A DNA stretch of 63,879 nt, counting the filler, from Reticulomyxa filosa (Eukaryota; Protista; Foraminifera), in assembly GCA_000512085.1 (NCBI GenBank). It is 8 parts of 8 records of this genome, joined end to end, with 100 filler letters (N's around TTAATTAATTAA, not from the genome) between each part and the next. Parts side by side here need not be neighbours in the genome. Positions count along the whole stretch, not along the records: positions 32,041 to 44,047 come from ASPP01019067.1; positions 44,148 to 60,391 come from ASPP01009595.1; 6 more parts are not named here. The stretch is one strand, 5' to 3'. Under the pieces are notes generated by a model that saw only the letters and a program-made list of their open reading frames with translations, did not search any database and had not been told where the DNA came from. Position 1 is the stretch's first letter, and each line of letters starts with the position of its first letter. The translations under genes were made by a program, and so were the position numbers. Positions 38,455-49,407 of the stretch are shown here, piece after piece.

Positions 38455-40051
38455 ATGGAAAAAAGATCTCAAGGATTGATTGAGTATAAGACACTTATTT
38501 ATGAAGATGATAATGACATGGCACAAAAGTTGTTAACAACCAAATGCTCAGCCAAAATGCAAGAAGTTCACAAAGACATAATGAAGCATCAATACAAGCA
38601 AAAGGAAGTGCATTGGTCATCACTGGCTTGTGCACAAATGGCATTTTCATATTTGGCGTCAAGTCACGATAGTTCTTCCTTTCAAGAAATAGTGTACGAA
38701 GGATACATCCACAACGCATTAGAGGTGTCTACGGAATTGAGTCAAAGACAACTCAGTCAAGTCCTGCAATGTTTTATTGCCGAGCAAAACTTGCCATTGA
38801 AAATAGAGCCTGTTCAAGGTGACCAAAAACATACACTGAAAAAGACTTTTTTGGCGGACTTGGCATCGTACGGTGTATGTCCAAATACGAACAAGCCTGG
38901 AAAAATGGAAAGTAAAGAAACAGAGCCTGTGATCGAGGAGAAGTCGGCGACGTCTTCAGACTCCAAACAACAAAAGACACGACAGCCCTATGTGTTGTTA
39001 TGCTGTTTCGAGAGAAAGAGTCAAAGGGATTCCCAAGAACAGTGGGCGTTGATTAGTGCTGTTACGACCGACATGCAATATATTCACATTGTCGGAACTG
39101 ACTCCGAACTTTTTCAATCCCATTGGATTGCCACAAATGATTTGACTGCCCTCATAAACGCTACATATGCTGATACTGATGTTCATCGAGGATATATCAA
39201 AGTTTAAAAATCGTATGTGAATTTTTTTTTTATTAACACTCACAATATATTTAATGTGTTGGTATTTCTTTTGCTTTTGCTGTTGTATACGTCATATGCA
39301 TGTATGTATATATGTATGTGTATGTGAAAAGGTACAATTGCTGCCGAATAACGAGGATAGCGATGACAATTCTGAGTATACGTACGTTCGTCCTGCTTCG
39401 TGGATGGACGCGTTGTTGTTGAGTCGTATACAGGTCGAGGCTTGGCGGAATACGTATAAAGATATTATCACGCCCAAATTTTTGTATGGTAAACACATGA
39501 CTGTTTCTTACAAGTATGAGCACTGGGAAGAGATATTGGACGAATCCAAGTCGCAAAAATTTACTTGGATTTTATGCATGCGCCCATTCACTTTGATATT
39601 GGGCTATGCGACGGTTGGATATAGCGGTACGTATACGTCCAAGAAGATTCTGCCGGAAGTGTATCGACAGCTGGAAACCACTGGGTTGCAATTGTATCAT
39701 TGCGAACTCCATACTTTGTATTTGCATCCCAATGCGCCCAAACGCAAAGGGTTGGGACAAATACTCTTTACCCATTGCTTTGATTTTATGGCAAAGTACT
39801 TGCCCAAAAAGAACAACGGAAATCAAAGTACCTCGGATGTAAATACAAAACAAACTCAAGACATTACCCAAAAAGCTGGATTTATAGTGGCGATGTCTAT
39901 TTGGTGTCTTTATGATAATGCTATTGGAATGGGGTTTTATCTTAAACAAGGGTGCCAAGTGATCAGTGATCATAATAGAGCTCATTTTGGTGGGTGTGTG
40001 TACAGATACACTGGTCTTTGTTACTGCAAGCAATTCAAGGGACCAGTTTAA
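38455..40051 (+). CDS. Fusion of a catalytically degenerate phytochelatin-synthase-like domain and a GNAT N-acetyltransferase (intron 39202-39331)
   Basis: Exon 1: QKEVHWSSLACAQMAFSYL...EQWALISAV...IHIVGTDSELFQSHWIATNDL...RGYI. Phase-0 intron GTTTAA...GAAAAG. Exon 2: VRPASWMDA..IQVEAWRNTY..ELHTLYLHP..GLGQILF..WCLYDNAIGMGFYLKQG. Confidence 0.7.
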
Positions 40052-40538
40052 TGCAAACTTTTCATTTTCTTTGATTACTTTGTGTGCGCGTGTTTTTGCA
40101 CCAATTAAAAAAAATATCATCCATTGTTTTTTTTTATCTTGAAAAATATATGTTTGTTGAAGAATAAGTACAAAATCAAATTCTTTCTTGGCAATCCAAA
40201 AAATGAATTCATTTTTATAAAAATTGACAACACATATTTTTGTTTGGATATATGCGTGAGATTTTTTTTTTTGGATGCTTTTATCAAACACAATAAAATG
40301 ACCAAGATAAGGACAATTGGCAATCAAAAAGCATTATTGCAAATTTGATTGAAAACAAGCTAAAAGTTTAAGAATATCTACTACTGTATGTCTCAGTGTA
40401 CAAAAATAAGATTTGATCCTTTTTTCATGGGTGTGGTTACTTTGAAATTTTTGTGGAGTAATAGATGTTTGCAGAAAATGATGTAATGTTTAGCAGCTCC
40501 ACAGCTGTTGATTTTTTTTTTTTGAAACGAAAAAGAAA

Positions 40539-41812
40539 TTATTTTTGTACATTTTGAGCATCTTCAAAGTCCCAAAGTTCTTGCCAAGATTGGTTTTGAT
40601 ACCATCGATAGACTTCTCCTCGTAGCAAACGATGATTTTTATCGAGTTGATTGATTTGTTGAATATGTGGTTCGATCAAATTGACTTTGAGTGCTTGAGC
40701 AGTTTGTTGAATCATCGATTCTTCAGTAGCGTTTGGAATGCAGACAACACCGCGATCCAAGTGCCAGCGAAGGACGACTTGAGCAGGTGAGGCCTGTACT
40801 TGTTGAGCAATACTGGTTAAGAGTGGATCCTTAAGCACATCAGGGTCGTCCTCTCTTTGTGTTTGCAAAAAGTGAATAAAAAAAAAAAAAAATAAAAAAA
40901 AAAATTAATTAATCAAAATACCAAAAGTATAAAAAAAAAAAAAAAAAATGGAACAAACCTTTGTGGTATTCCCAAAGGCGTAGTAGCACAGAGAGTAATT
41001 TGATGAAACTGTGCAAACGCGCGCATTTTCGGCTGTTGGAAGTATGGGTGCAATTCGACTTGATTAATGCAAGGTTTTGGTAATTTCCAATCTTCGCAAA
41101 ATTCGAACAGTAAAGACAACTTGGTCATCGAGCAGTTGGCAACGCCGACACAGCGAACAAGTTTTTGGGCCACTAGTTCGTGCAGCAGTTTGTATGTGAA
41201 TCCATAGCTTTCAATGTCAAATGCTGTTGGCACTGACTTGGGGTGATTGCGAAATGGCCATTCGATTAAAATACTATCCAAGTAATTCACACCCAAATTT
41301 TTTATCGTTTCTTCTACTGCGAACGCAGGTGCCCCGTCCCCTTTTTTTTTTTTTTTTTTTTTCTCAAGTGTGCCCTTTGCTCTCTTACTTTTGTCCTCAC
41401 AATCATTCACATATAAATACAAACCAACTGAAGGCGGATGCTCCGAGTTTTTTAGCTTCGAGGTGATCCATATGTCTTCCCGCTTTAATCCTTTGCCAAA
41501 GTGGTCTCGTAACACTTGGCCGATTTCTTTCTCGTTTTCATTCGAACGCGCACAATCCAAATGTCGGTACCCCACTTTCAACGCTCCGTCCGTTGCTTTG
41601 CCTATCTTGCTGTTGTCTTCACCCCTGGTCCCAAACCCCACCGCTGGAATTATACAGTTGCTTCCTGGACGGGTGTGGGACAGCTTATATCCATCTGTCA
41701 GCTTTTGCACCGACTTTGTATGTGACGATATAGCCGTAAATGACGAAAAATAATGACTTCCTATTTTTCGTTGATTATTTATTAGGTTTTTTGTTGAAGT
41801 TCGTAATGCCAT
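40539..41812 (-). CDS. Aldo-keto reductase-fold protein with mitochondrial-type presequence and altered catalytic residues; 3 exons
   Basis: IPAVGFGT, GYRHLDCA, KREDIWITSKL, INQVELHPYFQQ, SPAQVVLRWHLDRG; Ser/Thr/Arg/Lys-rich N-terminus with no acidic residues. Confidence 0.88.
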
Positions 41813-42784
41813 ATTTTTTTATTATCGAAAAAAAAAAAGGAAAAAGTTCTGAGAAGGCGTTTGGCTTCTTTTGTCCAACATGACATGTCCCTCTTTTAAA
41901 AATAAACGTTACTATATTCTTTGCACTAATTGTTATAAAACCATCGCATTACGACAAACGACACCGTTTCCAACAAAGAAATCAGCCATACTTTTTAAAA
42001 ATTAAAAACAATTTTAAAAATTATGTATGTAAAAACAGGTTTAAAAATAAGTGGCAAGATAGTATTTTTAAAAATTAGGATGCTCATTGTTGTTTTATGC
42101 GAAAAATCTTTTTTTTGTGAGAACAATTTAATTTCTTTCTTTATATTGAACAAATCTAAAACTTGTCCATCAGGAACTTAAGGCCCCGTGACAAAAATTC
42201 ACTCCTTTTTATTTATTTATTTGTTCTCCTCTTTTTTTGTACCTTACCAGCTCAGTTTTCAATTGTTTATTTATGTAGACAAATGATTTTCTTAGAAATT
42301 GTTTCAGAAAGAAAAAAAAGGTAGTAAAAAAAAACAAAATGATAAAACAAAACTGTTAAAATTGTCACAAATGCAATCACCTAAAAAAAAACAATTTAGC
42401 ATTAAGATATTGATTAAAGGTTTTTATGTTGGAGTCTTTGGTTGACAAGAGGAAAGAGCACACAACAGTAAAAGAAGAAGTGCAATTGAAAACCACAAAT
42501 TGCGCAAACGCATTTTATTAAGGAAATCACAAAAAAGAGCTTTAGGGAGTGTTTAATATTTTTTTTTTTTTTTGGAGGGAGGAAATAAAACCAAAAACAT
42601 CAAACATTTTTTTTTGTGTTCAATTTTTTATGCATTGATACTGCACACCTCGTCCCTCGATAGAGGAAAGAGGGACGAGAGGAGAAGAGAAAAAGCAACA
42701 CTTTTTTTTTTTAATAAAAAAAAATTAAAAAAAAAAAAAAATAAAGATAAGAAAAAAAACAAAAAAATGTCTGAATTTGTTTTA

Positions 42785-44047
42785 TTAAGCCCAAATGCGT
42801 AAGACTTTATCCCAACATCCAGTAGCGACTGCATGACCATCAGGCGAAACTTGTAAGCATGAAGCTCTGGTGGGATGATCCAGACGACACTCCTTTTCCG
42901 AGGTGATAGTATTCCACGCGACACAATATGGATCCTCGTCATATCCAGCAATCAGATAATATCCTGAGCGAGAAAAGTCCACACTTGTGACACTACAATA
43001 TAACTCTTTATCCGAATATACCGCCATCTGTCGATACGCCCGCAAATCAAACAGTCGACATGAAGCATCATCCGAGCCAGAAACAAACGTCTTTCCATCT
43101 GGGAACCATTGTACACTGACAGCATTTCATATGTATATTATATAATATACAAATATCTTTTTATTATTGAAAAAGAGAGAGGAGAGTGTGTATGTGCTAT
43201 CTTCTTTGTTCAAAAGATTAATACAATTGAGTATCAATTTCGAAAAAGAAGGGGGGTTGAAATAAGTAACATGGACCATTGGTTTTTTTTTTTTTTTTTG
43301 TTTAAAAAATTTATGTAAAAAAAAAAAATATATATATGTATATGTATATATAATATAAAGTTCATATTGAATCCACAAACACCTGTTAATGTCAGACGAA
43401 TGCTTTTTAAAGTTGGCCACGCATTTGTTGCTTTGCCTGTAATCCCACACTTTTGCCATGGCATCGATGGCCCCTGACACAAATGTATGATTTTCTGGGA
43501 ACACGGCGACAGATTGGACATCGCCCGTGTGTTCCATGAATGTGGCGATAGGACGTTGTTTATCGATATCCCAATAAATGCAAGAGGCGTCGCCGGACGC
43601 TGTTATTATCGTCTTATCGTTCACAAACCGGCAACAACTCAAATATCCGTGGTGGCTTTGCAATTCGCGATGAGGTTGCTACGATGAGTGCAATATATAC
43701 ATATGTACGTGTATCATTTGTATGTGTATATTTATTTCTTTTATTTATTTGTTATGTTTAGAAATTTATTGGGAAAAAAACTCTTTGAATATATTATTAT
43801 CAACTTTATTTATAAAAAAGAAAAAAAAATTTTTCTACTTCTTTTCCTTCCCCCCTCTTTGCCTTTCTCCGGATACGTACAAAAAAAATTCTTGATCCAA
43901 AGGTTTTTTTTTTTTTTTTTTTATAATAAATCAATAAATCAAATAAAAAAAAAAAATACACAACTTTGACTTCCCAACCGACACTATCTTTGACATTGAA
44001 AATGGTGCACAAATTATCCAACCCTCCACTGGCAATAAAAGTCCCTT
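42785..44047 (-). CDS. GNB: Heterotrimeric G-protein beta subunit, 3' part (5' truncated by contig end)
   Basis: IASGGLDNLCTIF, HHGYLSCCRF, ITASGDASCIYWD, HTGDV, FVSGSDDASCRLFDLRA, TSVDFSRSG, ATGCWDKVLRIWA. Confidence 0.95.
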
Positions 44048-44147
44048 NNNNNNNNNNNNNNNNNNNNNNNNNNNNNNNNNNNNNNNNNNNNTTAATTAAT
44101 TAANNNNNNNNNNNNNNNNNNNNNNNNNNNNNNNNNNNNNNNNNNNN
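44048..44147. other. Artificial contig spacer
   Basis: 44N-TTAATTAATTAA-44N. Confidence 0.97.
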
Positions 44148-44329
44148 TTTTTTTACTTTTATGTTTATCACAAGACAAACAAAGAAACTTATAAATGAGT
44201 GATGTGAAGTAATCCACTGATTAAAAATTCAACATTTAATTGCATAAAACTTGGAAGTATGTTTTTATAACTCGTAGTCGTTATTCTTTTTGTATTTGCT
44301 TGTTTTTTGCTTCCACTTTTGCTTCTCAT

Positions 44330-45375
44330 CTATGTTATCAGGGAGTAGCAGCCCTGTATCGCTCGTTTCATTTGTGGTTGGTGCATTGTTGACAGCAGGT
44401 GCACCGTTGCTGGTCGGATTTTTGATAGCTTAGTTTTCTCAGATACTAATTTTTCGATCGGAGCCAAGATTTTGATGCTATCTTCCAAATCTTTTTGTGT
44501 CAATCTATAACCGCTTGGACTATTGTATTTACCTTTTCCAACAATTTTTCCTTCAATTTTTTTTTTTTTTAAGTAAGAAGTGTGTATATAATCATTCCAA
44601 AAAAAGTACAAACTACAAATTTTAAAAATTTAAATTGAATAAATTTTTTTTTTGTATATTGAACAGTATATAAAATTATCACGTCCACAAAACTTGTGCA
44701 GTATTTCGCTTATGCAAATTTCTTAGCTTTTGCAAATCCTCAATTCAGCCTTGCATTTCTTGTCGTGCAAAGTCACATTGTGTCCACAATCGGTGCGAGT
44801 CATCAACGCGCCTTCTTGAATTTTCAACTTTTCTTCCAATCGTTTGTTGTCTACTGCTTTCAATATCTCACTAATCAACATCAAAAAAAAAATAGTGGTG
44901 ATTACGTATACAATATATACATAAAAAAAATAACACATACAACGTCACTTGCAACCTGTTAAGACATTGAATATTCGCTCATATCTTTGCTGGTCATTCG
45001 CCACAAGCACTTGTTGTTGTGCAGCAGCATGATCAAAAAATAATTTATACATTATCAGTTATACACACATATAGCGTACAAAAAATATATATGTATAATA
45101 TATAACAAATATCATATGTATGATTATATGTTCGTGCAAGTAACGTTTTGCAAGCCATATTGTCATGGACCAACTTGATTCGCACATTATTGACGACAAA
45201 GGCCTTTTCTTCAGTGGCGGCAGCATCTGCATTGGAAATAGCTCATGAGTGGGAGCGACATCAAAGGCGATAATATGCACCATTTTGAAGATTTCGTCTT
45301 GCCATTGTTGATTTAAGCTCACCACTTATTGCAACTCTCTTTGGTCGGAAAAAAGTTTGGCGATGCCAGCTTCTG
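44330..45375 (-). other. Probable spliced gene fragment of unknown function
   Basis: GC-richer protein-like blocks alternate with AT-rich intron-like blocks; no consistent gene model could be built. Confidence 0.3.
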
Positions 45376-45779
45376 TAACATAAATAAAAAGTCATACAGT
45401 CGAACAGGTGAAATTCCGGTGAAAAAATATTGCTTTGGCACAGAGTTGAACTGCAATTAGTTTTAAATGAGCCATAATGACCTTAAATAAGTATGACTGA
45501 GAATTTGCTTATAATGAAATTGCATTGAAAATTATACAAACCCACAAATATATTTAAGCAATTAAAGTGTTCCTCTTTCCAAAATACCACTTGGTTGGCT
45601 TGTGTGATGTTTAATCTTGGAGCATTGTAATGAAGAATGAGTCAAGGACTAAAGGCCTATAAAAGGACCTAAGTGTTGATAACAAAATGAAAATATATAA
45701 AAAAATTTGAAATGACCAAACCAATTTGGGACGATATACAATAGGTTGCCAACACATTTGTGAAATTCCCTGATACTTT

Positions 45780-46750
45780 TCTTCGAGACAATATTGACAA
45801 GATTTCCACATTTCGTCAGCGAGAACTTTTTATACAACTCAAAGTTAACAGTTCCTGTGATTTTGGCAGAATCACCGACTCTATCATCAAATCATCACGC
45901 TTCCACCACCTTTCACAATATGCTTAGTAGTACGATCGGAAATCATTTCATTAGATCTTTGCCAAATGTATTCTTTTCCTTCACTTCCGAAACAGTTTAT
46001 TTTCGTTTCATCAGAAAAAATCACTTTTCTCCACTCACTTTTGGTCCATGATTTGTGTTTTTTGGCGAACTCTAAACGTAACTTTTTATGAAGCTTAGTT
46101 AACCGATGCTTTTTGATATGTATGCGATCATTTAAACACTGGGATTTTAAAATGTTCTTCACAGTGCTCACGTAGAACATTTTTTTATATGTTCGTGCGA
46201 GTAGTCGCTGCAAATCTACTGCTGTTTGTGCCTCTCCAGTAAATTAAGCGCATCTCTATCAGTCCACGTTTTAGGACATCAGAACATCTTTTGCGTGTAA
46301 TCGTTCCACTGTTGATGATGCTGATTTAAACTTTTTTTGCTTTGTCATGATTTATCCCAAATTGCTGGCCAACCTCACGATACGATACATTCCCATACTT
46401 ATTCTTTCAAATAAAATTCCTTGTTGTATTCCATACAGCTTGCGAATCATGATTAGAAGCCAAAAGATAACAATAAAAACAAAAAACTTGTTGGAATGTT
46501 GGAAAAGAAAAGTTTATATGGAAAATTGTGACCGCAACTAAAGCAAGTCCAACAGTGAAAATACCCCCTTACAATCATTTTTCAACAACTTTTCTAAATT
46601 TTTCTTTATTGTTTTTTACATACTACTTATAAAGTGTAAATGTGTATCCAGTAAACCAGAAAAATAATCACAATTTTCTACTCAAATTTTCGTTAGAAAC
46701 ACAAAAAGTTCATATTTTAGGGTTGTCTAATTTTTTTTGTCGCAACTGTA
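45780..46750 (-). mobile_element. Truncated Tc1/mariner DNA transposon (degenerate transposase, one candidate terminus)
   Basis: LTKLHKKLRLEFAKKHKSWTKSEWRKVIFSDETKINCFGSEG...KGGGSVMI followed by stops. TA-CAGTTGCGACAAAAAAAATTAGACAA on the minus strand from 46750 looks like a Tc1 end. Confidence 0.85.
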
Positions 46751-47723
46751 TCTATTAGTCATGCTGTCTTTAATATGGTTTTGATTTTGTGTTATCATAT
46801 AAAATGAGTTTTTAACTATTTATTGTTAATAAATTTATTTTCAACAAACTGATCCTTAAAGATTGACTACATAAATTAATTTCGAAAAAATAATCAAACT
46901 ATATTTGACAGACATTTTTTGCTCAAATAGCTTTTTTGTAGATAAATATAATTCGAGTATATTCACATTGATGCTTGCGTGATATTATAGCGATTGTACA
47001 AACTGTTAACATAATGTTAAAAAATATGCTAGAAGAGAATATGGCGAACGACAAAAGTTGCATAAAGACAAATTCATTATTACAGTTGAAAAATATTTGT
47101 GTGCTATTTTACAACAAGTTGACTAAATACAACATGTATTCATTTGCATAAAAAAATAGAAATTCACTTTCTGGAAAGGAAATAAAAAGTTATATGTATA
47201 TCTTTGTGAACTTTCTGTAAAGATCAGTTTTTGCGTATACGTTAGTAAATGTTATTTAAAAAAATATTGCACTTGGAAGGAATGTTCTTTCTGCTTGATG
47301 CATTCTGTTATATGCTTACAATAACTAAGTAAAATAAGACTTATTTCGAAGAAAAATTCAACAATTGCAGCTTTCTTGAGTACAATTGATATTCACTGTT
47401 TGATCAAATATTTTTTAGTATATTTAATGTACCTTCTGCGCTTTCTTGATTGAGAATTGATATTTAAACCAATTTCTAGAATTTTGATATCAATACAAAT
47501 TAAACTCTTTTTTTTTAGACAGCATGCTGCTTCAAATAAATTGAAATATTAAAAAATTGTGAAATATATATAAATGATCGGCAAAAAACGAAACAAACAA
47601 CTTTGTTTTGTTTAAAAAATGCAAATTGGAGAAAAAAGTTTTACTCACCAATAGATTAAATAACTTGAAAACCAAAAAAAGCCGGCCAACAATGCACACA
47701 ATTACAATAACAAAAACAAACAC

Positions 47724-48521
47724 TCAAAAGATAAATGGCAAAGCCGTTGTTCCCGACAAATTTGAAGACTCCATCTCAGTCGACTGTGTTCTATTGATTA
47801 AAAAAAGCACAAAAGTGATGGATGCACTCCGATTTATAATCCCAGCCTCTGAAAATAAAGTAACAAATACAAACACAATGCATAACAACGACAAAATATT
47901 TTCCAAATCGAAATATAGTTGCATAGCATTGCTGTTATTATTTTCTTGAGAAAGTTTGGCGCTCTGAACAAATTGGCGCAAAGTTCGTAGCAATTCAACT
48001 AAATGATTTCTCTCTCCTTTCAATTCATCAATTCTGATATGTATTTCTGCATTCCTTAGCTGCAAATTTCGAATTTGCTGGGGTGCATGAAAAAATGAAT
48101 CAGAATCAAAAAACTCACTATTAAATCTATTATTCCCATCAGCATTAAAAGAGAAACTGAAGTCAGCATTTTCACCTGGTATTAAATGCTCTTTTATCCT
48201 ACCCAATTTTTTGCCAGGAGTTTGTGCAATATCCTCAGCATTTAAAAAGTATTGTCTCGTGTCATCTTTATGAACACTTTGAGTGAAGAAATTACTTGAG
48301 AGTGAACGTACGTATCTCTTAGTTGTGCTGGGTCGCTGCGAGGGCGACTTACGTTCAACCTTTTCATTGACCAGGACCCAATGTTTGAATTATTTTCCCC
48401 CGCACTTCCCACCATAAAGTCTGTCATCTTTGACAATTCATTTTCATTCGGTAGCTCTTGAATTGTCGAATTTGTGGAACATTTCCAACTACTCCTTTTC
48501 ACAAGTGTTGGAATTCTTTCA

Positions 48522-48555
<34 letters not shown>

Positions 48556-49127
48556 TAACAGGAAATAAAAAATGATGACACAGCAAAAAAAAGGGGTTAC
48601 AAAAGAAAAATTGTTAGATGAGCGGAGAGAAACGAACCTGCACACGTCGAAGACTTTCGGATTTTTTGACTAGTATGTTTGTGAGTGGCGATTGGAGTTT
48701 TGAATAAGTGTTTCCTGAGTGTTGATAAGGTAGCTGCTTTTATTGCTGGTGTAGCTTCTTGTTTCTTTTGGTGTCTCCTATTTATTTTTCCCCCAGATAG
48801 ATTCTTGATTTTTTGACCTTTCCTTAAAGGTTAATACCATAAGCACAAAATATATATATATATATATATAAAACACTTTTTAACGAATAAAGACTATAGA
48901 GAGGCCTTCGGACACTACGGTTTCGTGTTTCAGTCGAAGGTACAGGTCGGTCCCTTTCAGTAGGACACACAGAAGACAACAAGCGAGAAGGAGTAGACAT
49001 CAGATCATTCCTCACACCTCCAACACGATTTTTTATTTGTGTTGGTGATTGAACATCCTCCACAGAAATCGATGGACCAGAAATCATCTTGTGTTCTGGG
49101 AGCCAGTTTCCCGAGCAGTTCGGACAT
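47724..49127 (-). CDS. Hypothetical multi-exon protein with short coiled coil and C-terminal hydrophobic helices
   Basis: ORFs 48824, 48242 and 47724 separated by intron-like AT runs; start MSELLGKLAPEHK at 49127. Confidence 0.5.
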
Positions 49128-49407
49128 TCATGTTTTTACTTCTTAATATGATTTAATTGTTCAAACTGGTGACTCAATTGTTGGCATACAAAATCTCTTT
49201 CAAACAAATTTCAAAAATTTGTTCAGCGATTTTCAACTGTTTGGACTCAGAAAGCCGATATTAGGATATGATTCAACAGTACTGCTTAATTTGTAATTTT
49301 GTTTAAAGGCTGTAAGTGAAGACAAATACTCGAAACAAACTCACAGTTTGAGTTTTCGTCTTCTTAGCCCCTAAGTAAGTTTAATACATTTCCGTCAAAT
49401 CCTTAAA

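Noticed and set aside
45395-45420. TACAGTCG as the second Tc1 TIR
   Set aside because: Matches the other end over only about 6 nt.
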